Of a stretch of DNA of 64,000 nucleotides, positions 24,539-36,200 are shown one piece after another. The translations under genes were made by a program, and so were the position numbers. Position 1 is the stretch's first letter. Each line of letters starts with the position of its first letter. The notes below the pieces were generated by a model that made no database searches, was not told the DNA's origin, and was given only the letters and a program-made list of their open reading frames with translations. Origin of the DNA: Rebecca billardiae RCC1528 (lineage: Eukaryota; Protista; Haptophyta); the NCBI GenBank assembly GCA_965240325.2, contig OZ251240.1:248001-312000 (forward strand), given 5' to 3'.

Positions 24539-24626
24539 TCCCGGCGATCATCTTTCGCGATCGCGGCCAAAGATCGCTCGGCGCTCGCGGTCCCTCACAG
24601 CCGAAAGCCCACGTCCGGCCTTCAGC

Positions 24627-25210
24627 ATGGCGTCGACGGTGACCAATGCGACGGAGGCGCAGCGCAAAGCGGCGTACGAGGCGCAGCGAACGCAGCTGCC
24701 GTGTCTGTCGCCGTGGCAGGAACCGCGTCTTGGCGAGTCGGCGGCCCTCGTCGCACAGCGCTACAGTATGACCGATCCCAGAGGCGCATCCGCGACGAGC
24801 TGAAACGCCGAGCGTGCAACATTGTCGCCCCATCCTCCACCATGTCACGAGCGCTGCGGGACGAGGCCGACGTCGTGAAGCCAGTGGCACATGCGCTGCG
24901 CTTCCTGTGCCTGCTCGAGCAGCGCGTGCCCACCCTCGATCGCGAGTGGCACACGCTCTCGCACTGCGCGCGCGCGCACCGCCGACAGCTCCTGATACCG
25001 CCGAACGTGTGGGTGCCGGACCTGTCGCGCGAAGCGGCGAGCGCCGACGAGCGCTTGGACCTGGACGCGTTGTTGCGCAGCGTGGCGGCCGTGCACGACG
25101 CCGACGCGACCTTCGCCGAGCCCATCGTGCCCGGAGCGGACATCGGCATCCTCGCGACACACGATCTCAGCTGGCGGCAGGAGGAGATGCTGTCGCGTTA
25201 TTATTCGTCA
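24627..25210 (+). pseudogene. Possible frameshifted gene fragment of unknown function carried inside element 1
   Basis: Protein-like segments MASTVTNATEAQRKAAYEAQ... and ...RIRDELKRR...KPVAHALRFLCLLEQRVPTLDREW...LDLDALLRSVAAVHDAD... lie in different frames. No family was recognised. Confidence 0.3.
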
Positions 25211-25363
25211 GTGAGTCAGGTCGTAGCTCACCATCATCTGTGTGTCGCATTGTTATTCGTCATCCTGCCCGTCAAACCGCTAAATAAAAGGCGCGAACCC
25301 GCTGGGGAAATATTGCGACAGCACTGGCACGGCCCGCCGACCCCCCCGCCCGCCAGGGCAGAG

Positions 25364-25430
25364 TTTATATATATATATCGTTAATATATATATATAGTTT
25401 ATTATATATATATATATATATATTATAACT
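25364..25430. repeat. Interrupted (TA)n microsatellite
   Basis: TA runs with short interruptions. Confidence 0.9.
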
Positions 25431-26441
25431 GCTGATGCATCGGTTATGAGAGCAGAACTCAGCGCCGACCCCGAAGGACCTCTCACGCGGCGTTCCCCGG
25501 CCCGTTTAATTCGCCAGGGTGGCCTCCCGCACCGGGTGCCCCAGTGGAGTGAGTCCGGCTCAGAGCCTCCAGCCCTCGGCAGCGCGATTGATGCGCCGCT
25601 TCGTCGTCGCAAATTATACTGCGAATCGGCACAGGCGCGAGACAGCAGAGCGCGCGAGTGAGCAATGCGGGTCACGCCCGCGCAGGCTCGACGAGCGACC
25701 GCGTGACGGGCTACCGACCCGACGTTCGCAGTCGGCCGCGCCGGCCGGCCCGTGCGCACGGGTGCAAGCTGAAGCTCTCCGGTCTCCCCCTACCCTCGGT
25801 GCGGCGGCGCCGGCGTCGCGGTTGTGCACCCTGCCCTCCCACCCGCTGTCGGTTTCGGCTGATGGCAGGTGGTGCGCATGGCGGGGCACTAGGCTCAGGC
25901 TCGATGGTCTGGGGTTCAGCGGGAGGGGGTTGCTGGGACGGCGGCGGCGGCCAGTCGGCCTCCTGCCCAGTCCTACGGCCCTCCGCGCCCAGACCACGGG
26001 GCTGGCCAGTTGGCCTCTCGAGCGCGAGGGGGTGGGGGGGCGGATGAGTCGGACGCATTCGTGGGTTACTACGTTCGCACTGCCTGCCACCTCCCGCTGC
26101 CGTGTCAGACCCGCTACCAGCGGGGGCGGCGTTGAGTTATGTTCGTTCGGTCGTCTATGATGATGCGAAGTGAAATACGGGCCACTCGGCCGCATCATCA
26201 GATCATGCCATCAGCATATTCGTCGTCATGATGGCATCGGTCATCGATAATCGACGATGATATGAATGGCACGCGCAGCATGCTTACTGCCGGTTTCTCT
26301 GAAGAGGATACGAGCATCTGCCCGCGTTGGGCGACGCTCTCCAGGCTCTAGCGCGTTCAAGGATGGCGCACTTGCTGTTGGCGGTGCTTGCAGCTAGGCG
26401 AGTCCTCCACGACGCGCGGCGCGCGCATGCTGCCGTGAGCG

Positions 26442-27224
26442 CGCGCTGTCGTGAGCGCGCGATCTTTGGACAGATCGCGGGTGTTAAGGTGTGCGTGCCA
26501 AGGGCATGGACACAACGCTCCAAAGCAGCAAAGACACCCGCGAATAGCCCCCTCTCTCGTCTCGGACGACGCTCGCGCGGGCGTCGCATGGCCAGGTGCA
26601 TTGTGCCAAGGCGCGCCGCGTGTGCGCGTCGTGGTCTGCTCGCGCCCCGCACGCTAGAACGCGGGTCTTCGGGCATGTATACCCAGAGTAGCGGGAAGGG
26701 GCCTTGACCAAACGAAGACACCCGCGAAATATCCGCTCTCTCGACTCGGGCGACGGCGCATGCAGAGGTGCACAACCAGCTTTGTTGCACTCAGGAAGGT
26801 AGCATACGCGCGTAGTGAGCGCACGGTCTGGGGACATTTTCGCGGGTGTGAAGGTCTGTGGGGGGGATCAGTGGACCCAATCCCACATTCAAAGCTTAAC
26901 ACCCGCAAATTTCCCCCTCTCTCGTCCCTCACGCGGGCGCTCGCGGCGGCGCCGGTCGGTTCTGCGCCCGCGCGTGCCGCGCGGCGCGTGGCGCACCCGG
27001 TGGGCTCGGCGGCGGGCGCGGGCGCGGCGGCAGTCGGCCGACGACTCGGTCAAAGCGTCCACAGCATGGCAGCGCCACGCGCGTCGAATTGGCGGCGTGG
27101 CGTGCACGCCCGCGGCGGAGCGGCGCTCGGGAGCGGGAGGGAGGGTGCGGCCTCGGCGTCGCTCGGGACTCAGCGGCCCTCGGCCGGCCCCCGGCACGAT
27201 GGAGTCGGTATTATGACCTCGGTC
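26442..27224 (-). repeat. Right long inverted-repeat arm of element 1
   Basis: Reverse complement of 17353-18130. Confidence 0.93.
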
Positions 27225-27259
27225 ATGGAGTTGCCGTCCTATCCCCTTTCATGCCTTTG

Positions 27260-30200
27260 TCCTCGCCGCCCATGCTCGCTCCGAGCCGCGCTGCATGCCG
27301 CGCAGCCGCCACTCCTCACGGCCGCGCGCCCGGAGGGCTGCGACTCCGCGCCCGAGCCGCAGCCCTGCGGCCGCAGGCCTGCGGTGGCTGAGTAGGCTGC
27401 TGCTGCTGCTCGGCTCAGTCGCGCTGCGCGAGGCGATTGGCGCGTCCTCGACGCCCATGCTCGCTCCGAGCCGCGCTGCATGACGCGCCGCCGCCGCTCC
27501 TCACGGCCGCGCGCCCGCAGGGCTGCGGCTCCGCGCCCGAGCCGCAGCCCTGCGGCCGCAGCCCTGCGGCCGCAGCCCTGCGGCCGCAGGCCTGCGGTGG
27601 CCCAGCAAGCTGCTGCTGCTGCTCGGCTCAGTCGCGCTGAGCGAGGCGATTGGCGCGTCCTCGACGCCCATGCTCGCTCCGAGCCGCACTGCATGCCGCG
27701 CCGCTGCCACTCCTCACGGCCGCGCGCCCGCAGGGCTGCGGCTCCGCGCCCGAGCCGCAGCCCTGCGGCCGCAGCCCTGCGGCCGCAGGCCTGCGCTGGC
27801 CCAGCAGGCTGCTGCTGCTGCTCGGCTCAGTCGCGCGGCGCGAGGCGAGCGGGCGGGCGGTAGCCGCGGTGCTGATCGGCGCGTCCTCGACGCCCATGCT
27901 CGCTCCGAGCCGCGCTGCATGACGCGCCGCCGCCGCTCCTCACGGCCGCGCGCCCGCAGGGCTGCGGCTCCGCGCCCGAGCCTCAGCCCTGCGGCCGCAG
28001 GCCTGCGGTGGCCCAGCAAGCTGCTGCTGCTGCTCGGCTCAGTCGTGCTGCGCGAGGCGATTGGCGCGTCCTCGACGCCCAAGCTCGCTCCGAGCCGCGC
28101 TGCACGCCGCGCCGCCGCCACTCCTCACGGCCGCGCGCCCGCAGGGCTGCGGCTTCGCGCCCGAGCCGCAGCCCTGCGGCCGCAGGCCTGCGGCCGCAGG
28201 CCTGCGGTGGCCCAGCAGGCTGCTGCTGCTGCTCGGCTCACTCGCGCGGCGCGAGGCGATTGGCGCGTCCTCGACGCCCATGCTCGCTCCGAGCCGCGCT
28301 GCACGCCGCGCCGCCGCCACTCCTCATGGCCGCGCGCTCGCAGACCTGCGGCTCCGCGACCGAGCCGCAGCCCTGCGGCCGCAGCCCTGCGGCCGCAGGC
28401 CTGCGGCCGCAGGCCTGCGGTGGCCCAGCAGGCTGCTGCTGCTGCTCGGGCCAATCGCGCGGCGCGAGGCGATTGGCGGGTCATCGACGCCCATGCTTGC
28501 TCCGAGCCGCACTGCATGCCGCGCCGCCGCCACTCCTCACGGCCGCGCGCCCACAGGGCTGCGGCTCCGCGACCGAGCCGCAGGGCTGCGGCCGCAGGCC
28601 TGCGGCCGCAGCCCTGCGGAAGCAGGCTGTTGCTGCTGCTCGGCTCAGTCGTGCGGCGCGAGGCGAGCGGGCAGGCGGGTGGCAGCGGTGCTGATTGGCG
28701 CGTCCTCGACGCCCATGCTCGCTCTGAGCCGCGCTGCATGCCGCGCCGCCGCCACTCCTTACGGCCGCGCGCCCGCAGGTCTGCGGCTTCGCGCCCGAGC
28801 CGCAGCCCTGCGGCCGCAGGCCTGCGGCCGCAGGCCTGCGGTGGCCCAGCAGGCTGCTGCTGCTGCTCGGCTCACTCGCGCGGCGCGAGGCGATTGGCGC
28901 GTCCTCGACGCCCATGCTCGCTCCGAGCCGCGCTGCACGCCGCGCCGCCGCCACTCCTCATGGCCGCGCGCTCGCAGACCTGCGGCTCCGCGACCGAGCC
29001 GCAGCCCTGCGGCCGCAGCCCTGCGGCCGCAGGCCTGCGGCCGCAGGCCTGCGGTGGCCCAGCAGGCTGCTGCTGCTGCTCGGGCCAATCGCGCGGCGCG
29101 AGGCGATTGGCGGGTCATCGACGCCCATGCTTGCTCCGAGCCGCACTGCATGCCGCGCCGCCGCCACTCCTCACGGCCGCGCGCCCACAGGGCTGCGGCT
29201 CCGCGACCGAGCCGCAGGGCTGCGGCCGCAGGCCTGCGGCCGCAGCCCTGCGGAAGCAGGCTGTTGCTGCTGCTCGGCTCAGTCGTGCGGCGCGAGGCGA
29301 GCGGGCAGGCGGGTGGCAGCGGTGCTGATTGGCGCGTCCTCGACGCCCATGCTCGCTCTGAGCCGCGCTGCATGCCGCGCCGCCGCCACTCCTTACGGCC
29401 GCGCGCCCGCAGGTCTGCGGCTTCGCGCCCGAGCCGCAGCCCTGCGGCCGCAGGCCTGCGGCCGCAGGCCTGCGGTGGCCCAGCAGGCTGCTGCTGCTGC
29501 TCGGCTCACTCGCGCGGCGCGAGGCGATTGGCGCGTCCTCGACGCCCATGCTCGCTCCGAGCCGCGCTGCACGCCGCGCCGCCGCCACTCCTCATGGCCG
29601 CGCGCTCGCAGACCTGCGGCTCCGCGACCGAGCCGCAGCCCTGCGGCCGCAGCCCTGCGGCCGCAGGCCTGCGGCCGCAGGCCTGCGGTGGCCCAGCAGG
29701 CTGCTGCTGCTGCTCGGGCCAATCGCGCGGCGCGAGGCGATTGGCGGGTCATCGACGCCCATGCTTGCTCCGAGCCGCACTGCATGCCGCGCCGCCGCCA
29801 CTCCTCACGGCCGCGCGCCCACAGGGCTGCGGCTCCGCGACCGAGCCGCAGGGCTGCGGCCGCAGGCCTGCGGCCGCAGCCCTGCGGAAGCAGGCTGCTG
29901 CTGCTGCTCGGCTCAGTCGCGCGGCGCGAGGCGAGCGGGCGGGCGGGTGGCCGCGGTGCTGATTGGCGCGTCCTCAACGCCCATGCTCGCTCCGAGCCGC
30001 GCTGCATGACGCGCCGCCGCCGCTCCTCACGGCCGCACGCCCGCAGGGCTGCGGCTCCGCGCCCGAGCCGCAGCCCTGCGGCCGCAGCCCTGCGGCCGCA
30101 GCCCTGCGGCCGCAGGCCTGCGGTGGCCCAGCAGGCTGCTGCTGCTGCTCGGGCCAGTCGCGCGGCGCGAGGCGATTGGCGTGTCCTCGACGCCCATGCT

Positions 30201-33200
30201 CGCTCCGAGCCGCGCTGCACGCCGCGCCGCCGCCACTCCTCACGGCCGCGCGCCCGCAGGGCTGCGGCTCCGCGCCCGAGCCGCAGCCCTGCGGCCGCAG
30301 CCCTGCGGCCGCAGCCCTGCGGCCGCAGGCCTGCGGTGGCCCAGCAGGCTGCTGCTGCTGCTCGGCCCACTCGCGCGGCGCGAGGCGATCGGCGCGTCCT
30401 CGACGCCCATGCTCGCTCCGAGCCGCACTGCATGCCGCTCCGCCGCCACTCCTCATGGCCGCGCGCCCACAGGGCTGCGGCTCCGCGACCGAGCCGCAGG
30501 GCTGCGGCCGCAGGCCTGCGGCCGCAGCCCTGCGGAAGCAGGCTGCTGCTGCTGCTCGGCTCAGTCGCGCGGCGCGAGGCGAGCGGGCAGGCCGGTGGCA
30601 GCGGTGCTGATTGGCGCGTCTTCGATGCCCATGCTCCCTCCGAGCCGCGCTGCATGCCGCGCCGCCGCCACTCCTCACGGCCGCGCGCCCGCAGCGCTGC
30701 GGCTCCGCGCCCGAGCCGCAGCCCTGCGGCCGCAGCCCTGCGGCCGCAGCCCTGCGGCCGCAGGCCTGCGGTGGCCCAGCAGGCTGCTGCTGCTGCTCGG
30801 CCCACTCGCGCGGCGCGAGGCGATCGGCGCGTCCTCGACGCCCATGCTCGCTCCGAGCCGCACTGCATGCCGCTCCGCCGCCACTCCTCATGGCCGCGCG
30901 CCCACAGGGCTGCGGCTCCGCGACCGAGCCGCAGGGCTGCGGCCGCAGGCCTGCGGCCGCAGCCCTGCGGAAGCAGGCTGCTGCTGCTGCTCGGCTCAGT
31001 CGCGCGGCGCGAGGCGAGCGGGCAGGCCGGTGGCAGCGGTGCTGATTGGCGCGTCTTCGATGCCCATGCTCCCTCCGAGCCGCGCTGCATGCCGCGCCGC
31101 CGCCACTCCTCACGGCCGCGCGCCCGCAGGGCTGCGGCTCCGCGCCCGAGCCGCAGCCCTGCGGCCGCAGCCCTGCGGCCGCAGGCCTGCGGCTGCAGGC
31201 CTGCGGTAGCCCAGCAGGCTGCTGCTGCTGCTCGGCCCACTCGCGCGGCGCGAGGCGATGGGCGCGTCCTCGACGCCCTTGCGCGCTCCGAGCCGCACTG
31301 CACGCCGCGCCGCCGCCACTCCTCACGGCCGCGCGCCCGCAGGGCTGCGGCTCCGCGACCGAGCCGAAGGGCTGCGGCCGCAGGCCTGCGGCCGCAGCCC
31401 TGCGGAAGCAGGCTGATGCTGCTGCTCGGCTCAGTCGCGAAGCGCGAGGCGAGCGGGCAGGCGGGTGGCAGCGGTGCTGATTGGCGCGTCTTCGACGCCC
31501 ATGCTCGCTCCGAGCCGCGCTGCATGCCGCCCCGCCGCCACTCCTCACGGCCGCGCGCCCGCAGGGCTGCGGCTCCGCGCCCGAGCCGCAGCCCTGCGGC
31601 CGCAGCCCTGCGGCCGCAGCCCTGCGGCCGCAGGCCTGCGGTGGCCCAGCAGGCTGCTGCTGCTGCTCGGGCCAGTCGCGCGGCGCGAGGCGATTGGCGT
31701 GTCCTCGACGCCCATGCTCGCTCCGAGCCGCGCTGCACGCCGCGCCGCCGCCACTCCTCACGGCCGCGCGCCCGCAGCGCTGCGGCTCCGCGCCCGAGCC
31801 GCAGCCCTGCGGCCGCAGCCCTGCGGCCGCAGCCCTGCGGCCGCAGGCCTGCGGTGGCCCAGCAGGCTGCTGCTGCTGCTCGGCCCACTCGCGCGGCGCG
31901 AGGCGATCGGCGCGTCCTCGACGCCCATGCTCGCTCCGAGCCGCACTGCATGCCGCTCCGCCGCCACTCCTCATGGCCGCGCGCCCACAGGGCTGCGGCT
32001 CCGCGACCGAGCCGCAGGGCTGCGGCCGCAGGCCTGCGGCCGCAGCCCTGCGGAAGCAGGCTGCTGCTGCTGCTCGGCTCAGTCGCGCGGCGCGAGGCGA
32101 GCGGGCAGGCCGGTGGCAGCGGTGCTGATTGGCGCGTCTTCGATGCCCATGCTCCCTCCGAGCCGCGCTGCATGCCGCGCCGCCGCCACTCCTCACGGCC
32201 GCGCGCCCGCAGCGCTGCGGCTCCGCGCCCGAGCCGCAGCCCTGCGGCCGCAGCCCTGCGGCCGCAGCCCTGCGGCCGCAGGCCTGCGGTGGCCCAGCAG
32301 GCTGCTGCTGCTGCTCGGCCCACTCGCGCGGCGCGAGGCGATCGGCGCGTCCTCGACGCCCATGCTCGCTCCGAGCCGCACTGCATGCCGCTCCGCCGCC
32401 ACTCCTCATGGCCGCGCGCCCACAGGGCTGCGGCTCCGCGACCGAGCCGCAGGGCTGCGGCCGCAGGCCTGCGGCCGCAGCCCTGCGGAAGCAGGCTGCT
32501 GCTGCTGCTCGGCTCAGTCGCGCGGCGCGAGGCGAGCGGGCAGGCCGGTGGCAGCGGTGCTGATTGGCGCGTCTTCGATGCCCATGCTCCCTCCGAGCCG
32601 CGCTGCATGCCGCGCCGCCGCCACTCCTCACGGCCGCGCGCCCGCAGGGCTGCGGCTCCGCGCCCGAGCCGCAGCCCTGCGGCCGCAGCCCTGCGGCCGC
32701 AGGCCTGCGGCTGCAGGCCTGCGGTAGCCCAGCAGGCTGCTGCTGCTGCTCGGCCCATCCGCGCGGCGCGAGGCGATGGGCGCGTCCTCGACGCCCTTGC
32801 GCGCTCCGAGCCGCACTGCACGCCGCGCCGCCGCCACTCCTCACGGCCGCGCGCCCGCAGGGCTGCGGCTCCGCGCCCGAGCCGCAGCCCTGCGGCCGCA
32901 GCCCTGCGGCCGCAGCCCTGCGGCCGCAGGCCTGCGGTGGCCCAGCAGGCTGCTGCTGCTGCTCGGTTCACTCGCGCGGCGCGAGGCGATTGGCGCGTCC
33001 TCGACGCTCATGCTCGCTTCGAGCCGCGCTGCACGCCGCGCCGCTGCCACTCCTCACGGCCGCGCGCCCGCAGGGCTGCGGCTCCGCGCCCGAGCCGCAG
33101 CCCTGCGGCCGCAGCCCTGCGGCCGCAGGCCTGCGGTGGCCCAGCAGGCTGCTGCTGCTGCTCGGCTCAGTCGTGCGGCGCGAGGCGAGCGGGCAGGCGG

Positions 33201-36200
33201 GTGGCACTGGTGCTGATTGGCGCGTCCTCGACGCCCATGCTCGCTCCGAGCCGCGCTGCATGCCGCGCCGCCGCCACTCCTCACGGCCGCGCGCCCGCAG
33301 GGCTGCGGCTCCGCGCCCGAGCCGCAGCCCTGCGGCCGCAGCCCTGCGGCCGCAGCCCTGCGGCCGCAGGCCTGCGGTGGCCCAGCAGGCTGCTGCTGCT
33401 GCTCGGTTCACTCGCGCGGCGCGAGGCGATTGGCGCGTCCTCGACGCCCATGCTCGCTCCGAGCCGCGCTGCACGCCGCGCCGCCGCCACTCCTCACGGC
33501 CGCGCGCCCGCAGGGCTGCGGCTCCGCGCCCGAGCCGCAGCCCTGCGGCCGCAGCCCTGCGGCCGCAGGCCTGCGCTGGCCCAGCATGCTGCTGCTGCTG
33601 CTCGGCTCAGTCGCGCGGCGAGCGGGCAGGCGGCTGGCGGTGGTGCTGGATGGCGCGTCCTCGACGCCCATGCTCGCTCCGATCCGCGCTGCACGCCGCG
33701 CCGCCGCCACTCCTCACGGCCGCGCGCCCGCAGGGCTGCGGCTCCGCGCCCGAGCCGCAGCCCTGCGGCCGCAGCCCTGCGGCCGCAGGCCTGCGGTGGC
33801 CCAGCAGGCTGCTGCTGCTGCTCGGCTCACTCACGCGGCGCGAGGCGATTGGCGCGTCCTCGACGCCCATGCTCGCTCCGAGCCGCGCTGCACGCCGCGC
33901 CGCCGCCACTTCTCACGGCCGCGCGCCCGCAGGGCTGCGGCTCCGCGCCCGAGCCGCAGCCCTGCGGCCGCAGCCCTGCGGCCGCAGGCCTGCGGTGGCC
34001 CAGCAGGCTGCTGCTGCTGCTCGGCTCACTCACGCGGCGCGAGGCGATTGGCGCGTCCTCGACGCCCATGCTCGCTCCGAGCCGCGCTGCACGCCGCGCC
34101 GCCGCCACTTCTCACGGCCGCGCGCCCGCAGGGCTGCGGCTCCGCGCCCGAGCCGCAGCCCTGCGGCCGCAGCCCTGCGGCCGCAGGCCTGCGGTGGCCC
34201 AGCAGGCTGCTGCTGCTGCTCGGTTCACTCGCGCGGCGCGAGGCGATTGGCGCGTCCTCGACGCCCATGCTCGCTCCGAGCCGCACTGCATGCCGCGCCG
34301 CCGCCACTCCTCACGGCCGCGCGCCCGGAGGGCTGCGGCTCCGCGCCCGAGCCGCAGCCCTGCGGCCGCAGCCTTGCGGCCGCAGGCCTGCGGAAGCAGG
34401 CTGCTGCTGCTGCTCGGCTCAGTCGTGCGGCGCGAGGCGAGCGGGCAGGCGGGTGGCAGCGGTGCTGATTGGCGCGTCCCCGACGCCCATGCTCGCTCCA
34501 AGCCGCGCTGCATGACGCGCCGCCGCCGCTCCTCACGGCCGCGCGCCCGCAGGGCTGCGGCTCCGCGCCCGAGCCGCAGCCCTGCGGCCGCAGCCCTGCG
34601 GCCGCAGGCCTGCGGAAGCAGGCTGCTGCTGCTGCTCGGCTTAGTCGTGCGGCAAGAGGCGAGCGGGCAGGCGGGTGGCAGCGGTGCTGATTGGCGCGTC
34701 CCCGACGCCCATGCTCGCTCCGAGCCGCGCTGCATGACGCGCCGCCGCCGCTCCTCACGGCCGCGCGCCCGCAGGGCTGCGGCTTCGCGCCCGAGCCGCA
34801 GCCCTGCGGCGCAGGCCTGCGGCCGCAGCCCTGCGGAAGCAGGCTGCTGCTGCTGCTCGGCTCAGTCGCGCGGCGCGAGGCGAGCGGGCGGGCGGGTGGC
34901 CGCGGTGCTGATTGGCGCGTCTTCGACGCCCATGCTCGCTCCGAGCCGCGCTGCATGACGCGCCGCCGCCGCTCCTCACGGCCGCGCGCCCGCAGGGCTG
35001 CGGCTTCGCGCCCGAGCGGCAGCCCTGCGGCGCAGGCCTGCGGCCGCAGGCCTGCGGAAGCAGGCTGCTGCTGCTGCTCGGCTCAGTCGTGCGGCGCGAG
35101 GCGAGCGGGCAGGCGGGTGGCAGCGGTGCTGATTGGCGCGTCCCCGACGCCCATGCTCGCTCCGAGCCGCGCTGCATGCCGCGCCGCCGCCACTCCTCAC
35201 GGCCGCGCGCCCGCAGGGCTGCGGCTCCGCGCCCGAGCCGCAGCCCTGCGGCCGCAGCCCTGCGGCCGCAGGCCTGCGGTGGCCCAGCAGGCTGCTGCTG
35301 CTGCTCGGCTCACTCGCGCGGCGCGAGGCGATTGGCGCGTCCTCGACGCCCATGCTCGCTCCGAGCCGCGCTGCACGCCGCGCCGCCGCTACTCCTCACG
35401 GCCGCGAGCCCGCAGGGCTGCGGCTCCGCGCCCGAGCCGCAGCCCTGCGGCGCAGCCCTGCGGCCGCAGGCCTGCGGTGGCCCAGCAGGCTGCTGCTGCT
35501 GCTCGGCTCAGTCGTGCGGCGCGAGGCGAGCGGGCAGGCGGGTGGCAGTGGTGCTGATTGGCGCGTCCTCGACGCCCATGCTCGCTCCGAGCCGCGCTGC
35601 ATGCCGCGCCGCCGCCACTCCTCACGGCCGCGCGCCCGCAGGGCTGCGGCTCCGCGCCCGAGCCGCAGCCCTGCGGCCGCAGCCCTGCGGCCGCAGCCCT
35701 GCGGCCGCAGGCCTGCGGTGGCCCAGCAGGCTGCTGCTGCTGCTCGTTTCACTCGCGCGGCGTGAGGCGATTTGCGCGTCCTCGACGCCCATGCGCGCTC
35801 CGTGCCGCGCTGCACGCCGCGCCGCCGCCACTCCTCACGGCCGCGTGCCCGCAGGGCTGCGGCTCCGCGCCCGAGCCGCAGCCCTGCGGCCGCAGCCCTG
35901 CGGCCGCAGGCCTGCGCTGGCCCAGCAGGCTGCTGCTGCTGCTCGGCTCAGTCGCGCGGCGAGCGGGCGGGCGGCTGGCGGTGGTGCTGGATGGCGCGTC
36001 CTCGACGCCCATGCTCGCTCCGAGCCGCGCTGCACGCCGCGCCGCCGCCACTCCTCACGGCCGCGCGCCCGCAGGGCTGCGGCTCCGCGCCCGAGCCGCA
36101 GCCCTGCGGCCGCAGCCCTGCGGCCGCAGGCCTGCGGTGGCCCAGCAGGCTGCTGCTGCTGCTCGGCTCACTCACGCGGCGCGAGGCGATTGGCGCGTCC

